Of a stretch of DNA of 64,000 bases, positions 12,307 to 23,160 are shown in pieces. The position numbers and the translations under genes were made by a program. Under the pieces are notes generated by a model, which saw only the letters and a program-made list of their open reading frames with translations, was not told the DNA's origin and did not search any database. The DNA is taken from NCBI GenBank assembly GCA_013265495.1, contig MU058198.1:5347779-5411778 (forward strand). Reading direction: 5' to 3'. The first letter of the stretch is position 1; each line of letters opens with the position of its first letter. This DNA is from Vicugna vicugna. Its lineage: Eukaryota.

Positions 12307-12692
12307 GACTGTTGTGTCACCAACACATAATATGCCATTTCCCTGACACACAGAGAGACTATACTCCCAGCCCTCCTGGGATCCAGGTGGGCCACATGAC
12401 TGATTCTACCAATGAAAGCTGAGCAGCAGTGACATGTGCCCTCGACAGTCATGCTGGTCAACAGCCAGTGAACTTTCTCCACATCCTCTCTGTTTCCTCA
12501 TCTACTGGATGATGGAGCGCAGGACACAGCCTTGAAAGAGGGGAGAGCCCCACAATGGAAGGAACCCTGGTGCCTGAATGACCGCCCTATCCCGCCATCC
12601 TGGATGTGAAATGAGCGAGAAATTACTTTCATGATGTCTGCGCCCTGAAATCTGGGGGTTGTTTGGTACAGTCCAGATTAATGAATCCAACA
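12307..12692 (+). mobile_element. MaLR LTR, MLT1J-like
   Basis: ACTATACTCCCAGCCCTCC...GGCCACATGACTGATTCT...ATGGAAGGAACCCTGG...ATGAGCGAGAAAT...GGGGTTGTTTG. Confidence 0.7.
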
Positions 12693-12850
12693 ACCTTGAG
12701 CAAATAACTGACTCTCTTTGAGCTTCTCTGGCAGGACGGGTATAATGGAAGCCTTGCTTTTATAGGATTATTGTGAAGAGTAAATGAGATACTGGAAATA
12801 AAGCCCTTAGCACAGTGCTTGGCACATAGAAATCACTCAATACATATTTA
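12693..12850 (+). mobile_element. MIR SINE (3' part)
   Basis: ACCTTGAGCAAATAACT...TAAATGAGATA...AAAGCCCTTAGCACAGTGCTTGGCACATAG. Confidence 0.75.
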
Positions 12851-13090
12851 TGTATTATGTAATTGTTACATAGCAATTGGCTGCTTCTCTTGAATGTTTG
12901 GCTTAATTGATTGCTTATACACTGCTCACCATATTAAGAGTAGTACTTGTTGTTGTAATATATTTTAGTCATTATTTAACAATATTTATTGAATACCTAC
13001 TATGGACCAGGCACAAAGAGAGATACTGGGGATACAGTGGTAAATAAGATTAATTTTCTTTAAAAAATCATTATCACTATTATTATTATT

Positions 13091-13258
13091 TTGGGGGGGA
13101 GACGTAATAAGTTTATTTTTTATTTCTTAAGGGGGGCAAGTAATTAGGTTTATTTATTTATTCATTTATTTATTCTTAACGGAGGTACTGGGGATTGAAC
13201 CCAGGACCTCGTGCACACTAAGCACAGGCTATACCGACCCGAGATATACCCACCTCCC
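13091..13258 (-). mobile_element. Camelid tRNA-derived SINE (Vic-1 type) with duplicated tail
   Basis: Minus strand reads GGGTATATCTC...GCACGAGGTCCTGGGTTCAATCCCCAGTACCTCC...AATAAACCTAATTAC-C-rich tail. Confidence 0.85.
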
Positions 13259-13399
13259 TAAATTTTCATATGTATCCAGCAAACGTGGACTTTTATTTTC
13301 ACCATATTATTCTAAATTGTAACGGTTCATCTCCTGACTCAGATCCTGATTCTCACGTTGCCCCGGACACTAGAATTCCTGACCACAGCGTTCTTCCCC

Positions 13400-13948
13400 G
13401 AAGAAGGTACTAGCACCCCAGTCATCCTATGAGGAACTGCCCAACCTCAGTTTATGACGGTGTCTTTTATTACGGGATTGGCTACGTGAAGGTTCTAGCT
13501 CTTGGGGTGAACACATGACCCAAGCTGGCCAATCAGAGCCTGCCACAATCCCCCGTAATGGTCACCAGGGGATAGGCACGGGCCGAAGCTGGACCACTAA
13601 CATGACCCTCAGAGCTACCACAGGATGTTGACCAGGAAGAGATGCTGTCTTCATGCTGGGACTATTAGGTTGACAGGATACCGACTTGAACCTCTGGAGC
13701 TGCTTGTGACCGACTTTGTGACCATGTGGCAGGAACATGCCCGTGACTAAAGCCAATGCTGGGAAAACTTGAGTTGAGAGACGAAAGGGCACAGTTCCTA
13801 AGCGCCTCATCTGAGATTAGCTAATAGCATGGCTATTCCTAAAACCCTACCCTTGGTCTTTTTCAGTTAATTCAGCCAGATATTTTATTGCCTAAGGCGG
13901 TTTGGTTTGGCGCTTAGTTGCTCGGGACCAAAACCTTCCTGAGTAATA
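13400..13948 (+). mobile_element. MaLR LTR, MLT1K-like
   Basis: CACATGACCCAAGCTGGCCAATCAGAG...CTGGAGCTGCT...AAGCCAA...TTTTCAGTT...CCTAAGGCGGTTTG. Confidence 0.65.
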
Positions 13949-14659
13949 TCTGGCATTAGCTTTGGAGACCGAAGGGTCTGAAGCACCATCCACCTACCTC
14001 AGAAGCAACATCACGCATCCTTTAGACGGCCAAGGGCGGTCTTTCTGCCTTTGTTGCTCTTGGACAGGGTCACCTTCAGAAACAAGCTCAAATTCCCAAG
14101 CTGATGGATTCTATTAACAACCCTCCCGGGGCAGGGGGTGGGGGTCTACCTGTAGCTGGGCCAAATGTCCCAGCCCTGCCCAGCCCCAGCTTTCTCCTAC
14201 TTATGGGCCCGTTTTGTTCACATCCTACCACGTCTTTCAGGTGACATTTTCCCATTTATGACAAACTTACCATTTCTGTGTCGAAGATAATCCTTCTTAA
14301 ACTTCCTGCTCTGTAAGTCGATGGATTCTAACCTCCGGGGAAATTCAGGAGGCCTGCATCTCCTTTCTGGCCTCCTGCTCCCTGAACCTGCAAAGAAATA
14401 CTATTTTCTCCCCAAGACAGGAATCACTTGGGCTTAGGTTTTTTTTTTTTCATTAAAATTCAAATTAATTTAATAAAACTCGGAATTGTGAATTGATGAA
14501 GCACTTGCTGAATTCATACAATACAAGCGTCTCATAGAACTGTGGGTTTCTTCCATTAACAATGCTTGGGGCTCCGCAGGGAACTCAGTCGGCCAGAATT
14601 ACCCCTGCCAGTTGAGCTCAGTTAATAGCAAGCAGGTCTCTTTGCTGAAATGCAGATTC

Positions 14660-15131
14660 GCAAACATCTCCTGAGCATCTACTATGTACCAAATCCTATA
14701 TGTGGCACTTCCACCGGCATCACCTGCTGGAATCCACACGGCCACTCTAGATGGAAGTGATGTGAGAATAATCTAAACAACCACGGTCCTAACTCTTTCA
14801 CTGACTCAACTTACCCAGACCAGAATGTACAGACCCATTTAGAACTCTGTTTACTCCCATCATGCCATATTAGGATCCTTTCACACAACCTAGGATGCAA
14901 GGAAAGGGTAGATTCTTAAGAAATGATATATTCACATGGCTATGAATTGAGTAGATTCTGCAAAAAATTCGTTAGTATGAGCAGCCTTCTTTTACAGGTT
15001 AAAACAAAACCAAGGCACACAGAGTTTACATCAGCTGCCTGAATTCACCCAGGCACTAAATGCAGAAACAGGGATGTGACCCAAACAGAAATTTTGCTCC
15101 TAAATCCGTAGCCACCATGCTAGTCCACCTC
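14660..15131 (-). mobile_element. MIR SINE split by a ~215-bp unrelated insert (14763-14976)
   Basis: Left half CTGAGCATCTACTATGTACCA...AATCCACAC and right half TTTTACAGG...AAGGCACACAGAG...GCAGAAACAGGGATGTGACCC are collinear with MIR. Confidence 0.65.
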
Positions 15132-16201
15132 ACATGTGTGTTATAGGTGTTAGTATAGCAAGTAGGGTTTGAGGAAGCTATGTGTTCAGATGATTAATGG
15201 TGATGGGAACTATAGTGAATATTTTTATGAAATTAAGGCAATATTGATTTATTTCTTTGGTCAGCAACTGTGCTAGGAACTGTAGATACAATGGTGAACA
15301 GGAAAAGTAAATGAGAAAAATGATTTGGAATAAGATATGCAAAGTCCCTGTGGTACGTTGAAGGAACCCAGAGAAGGATGATAAAAACTAGAGCCAAAGA
15401 ATTCGAGCCAGTTTATGGTGAGCCAAGGCTGAAGACGGACAGAAGCCAGACCTGCAGGGACTTGCAGTTCATCCAAAGCTCTTGTTTTTCAGTAAATGTA
15501 TCCTAACAGTGGCGTCGGGGTGCAGGGGGTGCCAACAGTGTGAGGGAAGCCCAGAGATAAGAGGTGGTGGGGACTCAAGGGTCAGGTAGATGATCACCAT
15601 TACACTGACAGATTGAGGAGTGAAATTGGTTGGAAATATGTCCACATAGGGAAAGATCAGGAGTGGCACAATAGGGAAGGTGTCTCTAGGTACTCAGAGC
15701 TCAGTCCTGGAGTGTTGAGTCTTTGATCTGATTGAATGCAAAAGGAGACTTTGGAATAAATGGATCCCCAAGACTCTGTGTCAAAAAGAGGTGAATTTCT
15801 TCCAAGCCATATTAATTAAGATATAAGCTAAGTGGCTAAAACAGGGCAGGGAGTCAGGGAAGGCACAAAGTATAAGCTTATCAAACAAAATAGTTTATTT
15901 AGCTGGTGTGCCACCATCCAGAGGTAGGTTGGTCTAGTGCAGGTGGAGGCTTCTGCCCCATGAAGTTGTCAAAGGAACCAGGGTCCTTCTATTCCATCAT
16001 TCCACCCTGATCTACATGGTCAAAGCTTGCTCAGCACCATCATGTCTGTGTCGCAGCCGCCAGAGAGAGAAAGGGGCAGGCCGTTAGCTTTTAGGAAATC
16101 AGACAGAGGTTTTATACATCATTTCCACAGACAGTAACATGCTCAGCTGAGTACATTCAGCTGCAAGGAATGAAGGATAATGTAAGAATTTAGCTGAGTG
16201 C

Positions 16202-17108
16202 TGTCACAGGTTGAGTCCTCCAGTAGCCGATGCTGAGATGGTATTTGGGGTGGAAGATGGGTGCTGGGGATCAACACCTGTAGAAGGAAGTACGAAGGAG
16301 AATTAGGCAGCTAGAAGTCACACGGTGATGCTTTGGCCAACCTGGTAGGAAATTTTGGAATAAGAATTCCCCATCAACTGAATAAAGAAGTTGTGGTACA
16401 TGTATACAATGGAATACTACTCAGCCATAAAAATGAATAAAATAATGCCACTTGAAGCAACACGGATGGACCTGGAGATCATTATTCTAAGCCAGAAAGA
16501 GAATGAAAAATGCCATATGCTATCAGTTATATGTGGAACCTTAAAAAAAAAAGACAAAAATGAACTTATTTACAAAACAAAAACAGACTCACAGACATAG
16601 AAAACAAACATGGTTACCCAATGGGAAGGAGGTGGGAAAGGATAAATTAGGAGTTTGAGATTTGTAGATATTAACTACTATATATAAAATGGATAAACAA
16701 CAAGTTTCTTCTGTATAGCACAGGGAACTCTATTCAATATCTTGTAGCAACCTAGAATGAAAAAGAATATGAAAAGGAATATATGTATGTATATGCATGA
16801 CTGAAACATTATGCTGTACACCAAAAATTGACACAACATTGTAAACTCACTATATTTCAGTTTAAAAATGGGCAAAAGAATTGCCCAGCAGAGTTGACCC
16901 ATGTTGGGCTGAAATGTCTAGACTTTTATACCTCTGCCTCCCTCAGTCCCGAGATGCAGGTTATCCCAGGAAGGGCATAAGCTTAGGTGAGGACAGGAAG
17001 ACCTTGAAGGCGTGGATATAAAACCTGCCTGCTGTCTGCCTTTCCCATAGCTGGGCAACAGCCCCTCCTTGGAAAGGGTGCCAGGAAGCACATTTCAGTG
17101 TCTACCCA
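16202..17108 (-). mobile_element. ERVL solo LTR, LTR16-like, interrupted by an L1
   Basis: TG...CA ends (TGTCACAGGTTG...CAGTGTCTACCCA); internal GCTGAGATGG, GGGATCAACACCTGT and CTTTTATACC. Confidence 0.7.
16377..16875 (+). mobile_element. 5'-truncated L1 (ORF2 C-terminus + 3' UTR) with 15-bp TSD
   Basis: Translates WYMYTMEYYSAIKMNKIMP...MDLEIIILS, the L1 ORF2 C-terminus; TSD AAGAATTCCCCATCA (16362-16376) / AAGAATTGCCCAGCA (16876-16890), 13/15 match. Confidence 0.92.
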
Positions 17109-17194
17109 GGTGGCATGTGCCCTGAAGCAATCTCAGGAAGAATGGATATTAGTGGACAGTGAGCCGTCTTTGGTTGGAATGTGAGGTAGGGATT

Positions 17195-17690
17195 CATTTG
17201 TTGAATACCCCCACCCCACTGGGTTTCAGCAGTGGACAAGAATGCAGAGCCCCTGATGTTACGGACTTTACAGTTTTTTGAGAGAGACAGAAATACAAGT
17301 AAACAAATAAACAAAATGATTTCAGATCATTACAAGCATTATGAACAGGGAGTGACTGTGGGAGTTATTTTAGTTGGGGTGTTCAGAGAAGGCTTCTCGG
17401 AGGAGGTGACATTTGCACTGAGAACAGATTGAAAATGAGGAACAGCATTCCAGGAAGCGGCAACAGCATGTGTAAAGGATAGGAATAAACTTGACTCTTT
17501 TAAAGAACAGAAAGAAGCTATTGTGACTTGAGGTTATTTAGGTAGAAATAAATGTAAAACCATGTCACCAAACAGGTCAGCCAGAGCCAAATCACGTACT
17601 ATTCAGGTAAAGAGTTCAGAATTCATTCTAAGTGTGATTAAAGCCATCCCAAGTATTAAAACAAGGGGATGACTTAACTGTTTTAATCAA
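17195..17690 (-). mobile_element. L2 LINE fragment
   Basis: CAGCAGTGGACAAGA...TCAGAGAAGGCTTCTCGGAGGAGGTGACATTTG...AGCATTCCAGGAAGCGGCAACAGCATGTGTAAAGG. Confidence 0.8.
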
Positions 17691-18089
17691 GATTCTAATA
17701 AACTTGCTATATTTTCATGGCTAAATTACATCTGGAACTAACTCATCAAACTTATTTAACTCTTGGATCAATTTTCTGTACAATATAAATGACTTCCAAT
17801 TTTTTTCTATTTTCATTTGACTGAAATTATTTTCATGTGGATCAATTTCACAATAACATTTTTGCTCTTATTGGAGTTCCAAGCTCTGGTTCTGACAAAA
17901 ATGACACAGGGACTGAGACATGGCCAGAGGGGCCCTTTATCTACAAGCAAGAGATTTAGCTTCACGCCAAAAGCCAGCACCCCATAAAAATTGTCCTTCA
18001 TTCCCTACTGTGTCCTGACTCATTTCTCCTTGAAATTCTTGATGTTCTTTCCCTGATCTTTTTGATTTCTTTCCTCTTGGGTTTCATAT

Positions 18090-18620
18090 AAGTCTAGGCT
18101 CTTTCTTTTTTAAAGGAAGCAAAGCCAGCTCAAAGTAGTTTAATAAAAGTTGCAATGTATTTGTTTATAACTAGCTTCAGGTATGACCGGATCCAGAAAC
18201 TCAAATAGTGTCTCGTACATTCGGTATTGTCTTCTATTTCTCTGAGTTATGCTTTATTCTCTCTTGACCAGTTACTCTGTGGCCAGAGCCCTCTCCGTGT
18301 GGTAGCCCACAGCAGCTCCACTGATGTGTATTCCACCACTAGCAACTGCAGAGAGCATAAAAAGGCATCTTTTTTTCTATAATTTCTGGCAAACATCCCA
18401 GGACTGATTCTAGTTTTGAGCAATATGCCCACACCTGAACCAATTATTTATCCAAAGGGATGTCAGTCTCTGATTGGCCAGTCCACTCTTTGAGGCAGGG
18501 GGCAGCCAACCTCTCCTTGGACCATATCAGTTTCAAATAGAGAAGTGATTTCCTGATAAGAAAAACCAAGCTATTGACGACAGATTAAAACAGGTAAGGG
18601 ATGCTGGGCGGTGACTGCCA
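18090..18620 (-). mobile_element. MaLR LTR, MLT1K-like
   Basis: GCTTCAGGTATGACCGGATCCAG...CCTGAACCAAT...CTCTGATTGGCCAG. Confidence 0.65.
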
Positions 18621-19849
18621 CCATTCCTGAGCCCCTGAAAACTTCTGCATTTGCAGCTCCATATTTTTCCTTCAGAATTGTACTCCTTCCACTCTGGCTT
18701 ACCAGGACCTTTGGGTCATCCCTCTTCCTAGAGCTCTAGTTTTGTTCCTCACCTGCTCGGCGTGGCCTTTGCTCTCTGACCCTAGTGGAGGACCTCATCA
18801 CTGGTTTCCCCCAAGACCCAGAAGTAGGATCGCGATGGAGCAAACCTATAGATGGAGCTGATTTCCAAAACAGCCCCTTCCAAGTCCCTCATTGGAGGAA
18901 TAGTTTCTCTCTCTCCTGCAGCATGAAGTTGCTGAACCAATGCTTAATTCAAAGGCTAGAGTCCATTAAAAGCCAAAGCAAGGAACAGTACAGAAATCCC
19001 CTCATTAAATCTGTGTTCAGTGGGGTGTGTGCATAATTCATCCCAACGTCATCAAATATAAATGTTCCGGTGTCGGGGGGATGGCGCCAGCATCACAAAA
19101 GTCTGAGCCCACTTAGAAGGAGCTGTCGGGGAAGAGGCAATACTTGCAAGGACCTTCTCGGAGAAATAATGAGATCTGGCACCAGCATGTTTGTAACAAG
19201 GATCCAAGATGAGGCCATGCTCAGTTACGGTGCTTCCCTGCCAGCCTCCCTGTGGGCACCTGCATGTTTATAAACTCAGCTCTGGATTCCCTCTGAGCCG
19301 GTGCTGGGCTGCCAGAGCTTCTGAAGTGTGCAGAACGAAGGGTCCCTGGGCTGCGGATTGGACTGGTAAGTGGAGTGCAGGAAGCATCGCAGCTCTGCTC
19401 CCCGCAGAAAGCATCACCTCCAACCTGCAGCTGCACCTCTACCTAGTGTCGGAGCCAGAACTCACCGTAGTGGGAAGAGCTGTTAGGAGCCCCTTGGTCC
19501 CCTCATTCTGTGGTTCAGAGATAATAGTCTGATGAGCTCAGGAAAGCTTCCCGACCAAGGAGAAGCCTGACTGTCTACCTCACCAAAGCTGTTTTTGCAT
19601 CTGCTCTGAACGACAGCACACACAGCCTGGTTCTTGCTGGTCTCTTTCCAGACAGACTGGCTTCTGCTGCCCCAACCGGACTCTAGTGATAATTCATAGT
19701 TCCCGCCCTTCTCCACCTTCTCCTTGTCCTCTTCCTCCTCCTCCTCTTCATCCTTATCACTATCACAGCTATTATTCATCTTACATTTATCACATCCTGA
19801 GCACGGAGTTAAATACTCCGTAGGCAGCATTTTATTTAATCCTAAAACG

Positions 19850-20230
19850 TGCTCATTCTTCCATTGTCAGGGCATCTGCACCAGCTTCCGGGAATGCTCT
19901 TTACCCAGCTCTTCAAAAAGCTCCTTCACATCACCATCCTAGCCTTCAGAGACGATGTCCCTGATGATCCCAGTTTTAGCAGGACATCATCCAGCCCAGT
20001 CACAACGACCTTGTATTCTTTTATAGCCTTTGGCAGTGCTTCAGCACTCTGTAACACCGTCACGTTTATTTATTCATTTAGTTGTTTATATCCGTCTCCC
20101 ATTGTAGAATGTCAGCAACTGAGGGTGGGAAGCAAGAGGCTATTCTGTCTGGCTCTTTGCCACATCTTCACTGCCCGGAAGAACACTTTGAACAAAGTCA
20201 GTGCTCAAAAAGCATTTGTGGAATGAGTAA
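19850..20230 (+). mobile_element. L2 LINE 3' end
   Basis: CAGGGCATCTGCAC...GGAATGCTCTT...TAGAATGTCAGC...GTGCTCAAAAAGCATTTGTGGAATGA. Confidence 0.7.
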
Positions 20231-20776
20231 CTCTATGGGCTCGGCCATATTATAATGTCCATTGAGAAACAGACGTTGCATGTAGTTGGTTAATTTCCCC
20301 AAAGGTTACTTGGTCCTGAGCTGGGAAGTGGGTACCACTGTTTACTGCAGATCTGCTCCAGTAGTGAGCCTCGGACCATGATGCTGCCAGAACACTTCTT
20401 CCCACTCCTTTCTCATACCAGCCCTATCTTGGATCAAGGTCAAATGCTCCAAAACCTACCTCTAATAGGTCATCTCTCTCACACCAAACTGACCTTTCCT
20501 TGTTTTCTTGTTCCCTCCCAGACCATGTCACTATTTCATTCATGATCACGTGTCCATTTAAAATAGTTTAGAGCAGCTGCGATGCACGAGGCACTGGCCG
20601 GGTACACTCTCCTGTCTGGATCTATCAACAGCGCCCAACTTCCTGGCTGGAACAGAAAAGGGATAGCCCGTCTTCTGGTGGCCAACAAGAATGAAAGATT
20701 TAATTGTGTTAGGAAGTAGCGATACTGTGTTCGGGTCCCTGTCATCCCCTCTGGTCCTGAGGATTGGCTTAGTCTC

Positions 20777-20886
20777 AAAAGAACATGAAAACAAATATGT
20801 GGATGTACTTGTAGGACTGAAACATTATGCTGTACACCAGAAACTGACACATTGTAAACTGACTATAGTTCAATTTTAAAAAAAAA
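20777..20886 (+). mobile_element. L1 extreme 3' stub with poly(A)
   Basis: GACTGAAACATTATGCTGTACACCAGAAACTGACACATTGTAAACTGACTATA followed by A9; near-identical to 16799-16868. Confidence 0.85.
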
Positions 20887-21680
20887 GCATTGGGGAAATC
20901 AAATTGAATTCAGGTTTACCCATACTAATGCCAGCTGACCTCCTCCCTCTCTCCTGGGTGAGGAGGCTGGGCCACAAGAGCTACGGTGTTCACACTGCTG
21001 TTAGGAATCTGGAGATCAGGGCAACAAACACTAAGTATTCTGCCTAGGGCCTCAGGTGGAGCAGAATTACTCTACCCCATCAGAGGTTAAAAGGAACACA
21101 TGTGAGATTGACTCCGATGTACAGTGTTGCTCTGTGGGAAAGTCCACTCTTATTTCAGAGAGCTGGCATGCCAAGAGGGCCCAGGAACTGTAATGATCCA
21201 GAAGGTCTGTCTCCTAAGATTTAAAGAAGAGACATTCTGAGATCACTTAGCTTGTTGTAAGTGGGTTTTAAGAATACACAGGATCATAAAGTGCAAGAGG
21301 AATTCATCCATCACCTGAGGACTCCCACTGCTCCCCAGCCTCCCTGGTTCTCGGATGCACAGAAGGCTTCCTAAGAAGCCAGGAGGGTTGCCAGAGCCTG
21401 CGAAGGATGGCAAGAGAGTGAGCTTGGAGCCCCCACCTCTTCCTTTGCGCTCCCTGCCTTCACACCTCGCCAGGGAGGGAGTGACTGGGTTGAGCTGGTG
21501 CTGTTTGGTATGGAACATCTCCACCGGGCCGAGTCTACACTGTACATCTGATACGGCAGGGCTTGGGCCACAGATGCACGACATGAAGTAAGACACTGTA
21601 TTCCCCAAGGTCATTGCAAGGATCAAGGAGGCAACATCTGTGAGTGTACTTGATTGTGTTCACAAAAGCCATGCCTTAAC

Positions 21681-21984
21681 TTTTTTTTATTTTAATACAA
21701 GTTTAAAGGTTATTTTCCATCTACAGTTATTACAAAATAGTGGCTAAATTCCCCGTGTTGTCCAATACATCCTTGAGCCCATCTCACACCCACTAGTTTG
21801 TACCTTTCACTCCCCTACCCCTATCTTGCTCCTTCCCCTTGATGGGCAACCACTAGTTTGTTGTCTATATCTGTAAGTCTGCTTGTTTTGTGTTGTATTC
21901 ACTAGTTGGTTGTAGTTTTTCAAGTTCACATATAAGTAACATCATACAGTATTTGTCTTTCTCTGTCCGGCTTATTTCACTTAG
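21681..21984 (-). mobile_element. 5'-truncated L1, different 3' UTR lineage, with TSD
   Basis: Poly(T) head; CATACAGTATTTGTCTTTCTCTGTCCGGCTTATTTCACTTAG; perfect 12-bp TSD AAGCCATGCCTT at 21666-21677 and 21985-21996. Confidence 0.9.
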
Positions 21985-22080
21985 AAGCCATGCCTTGATT
22001 CTGCTAAGACCATCCTTGGACGGGATCTAGCCTTTCGCCTCCCAGCACGCCCTTCCTGAGGGTCCCCCTCCTCCTGGAGT

Positions 22081-22240
22081 TAAGATTGTTAGATTTACCA
22101 AACAAAAATTCAGAACACCCAGTTAAATTTGTATTTCAGGTAAATAACAAACTTTTTTTTGCTAATCACTGAAACATTATCTGTCGCTGACCTGAAATTC
22201 AAATTTAACTGGACATTCTGTATTGTACCTGACAACCCTT
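22081..22240. mobile_element. MER53 palindromic hAT MITE, centre deleted
   Basis: Long inverted arms CCAGTTAAATTTGTATTTCAGGT / ACCTGAAATTCAAATTTAACTGG; terminus GACAACCCT. Confidence 0.85.
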
Positions 22241-22984
22241 CCAGAAATTCCTACTCACCTTCAAAGAAGCTGGTTTTCTTACTGCCAGCGCTGGAACTCA
22301 CAGGCCTTAGGAATTCAGGCTGAAACTCTCAGAAACAATCAAAACTCGGTTCTTCTTGAATGCAGCGTCAATCCATTATTGACAATGAAACCGGAAGCCT
22401 GGTGTTGCCACCTGCTGAAATCTCTGCATCCCAGCAGAGCAAAGAGGCACTCATCTCCAAGAGCCAGCCGCTCCCACTTCCAGAATGCACTTCTGAGGCC
22501 ACGTCTGGTTCAAGGTCTAAGCAAGACAATCCTTCTCGTAAGGCTAATCTCAGCTAAATACGCTCCACGGCCGAACTGCCTTGAAAACACTTCCCAGATA
22601 CCAAGCCTGCACTCGACGGATAAGCTGAGATAAACTGCTGTCGCTGGAACCTGGGGGACCCAGAACCACCATGTCCCTTCAGACTGGACAGCGGTTTTGC
22701 CGTCTTTATCTCCAAGGTAATTTTATCTCAAGGGCGCCATTGCCTTTTCCTGCTACCTTGCCTCGGTGTGGAACATCTTGACAGGTTTAATTAAATCTGA
22801 ATTTCAGGAAGAAGTGTTTGAGTGTGGCAAAACCATTCCTCACTAAAAGACAGATTATTCTTCAAATTTCTCACTTTCTCCCCCAACATCCTGAAGCTTT
22901 GCAAAACAATAATTCTTTAAAAATTCAGTGGATCCCACTACAGATTTTTATTAAATGAATGTCTAGGGTGGGGGAAACGTTTAT

Positions 22985-23160
22985 GTTAAACATCCACTAT
23001 CAGGCAGTCGGCTAAGAGTTTTATCTTTTTATTCCACTTAAATTTCCCAGAAACAATACTGGGTTAATATTTGCCTTTTTAGAGGAGAAAACTGAGGCTC
23101 AAAGGTTAAGTAAATAATCTAAGTTCACATAGTGTAAGAGTTTGGATTTCTCTAAGTATT
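22985..23160 (-). mobile_element. MIR SINE
   Basis: GAGGAGAAAACTGAGGCTCAAAGGTTAAGTAA. Confidence 0.65.

Larger units (their letters stand above)
15850..17175 (-). mobile_element. MLT1J-like MaLR LTR, interrupted by LTR16 (16202-17108)
   Basis: AGCTGCAAGGAATGAAGGATAATGTAAG...TAGCTG on the left resumes as GGCATGTGCCC...GAATGGATATT on the right. Confidence 0.55.

Noticed and set aside
16391..16600. ORF with real protein similarity
   Set aside because: C-terminal scrap of L1 ORF2 in a 5'-truncated copy, not a host gene
19483..19830. ORF with an acidic DEEEEEEED run
   Set aside because: Comes from a low-complexity TCC/TCA stretch next to a MIR/L2 relic
20207..20899. AAAAAGCATT(T/G)G(T/G)G(G/A)AAT at 20207 and 20882 as the TSD of a ~670-bp chimeric L1 insertion
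   Set aside because: Both copies resemble decayed L2 3' tails and the match is mostly an A run
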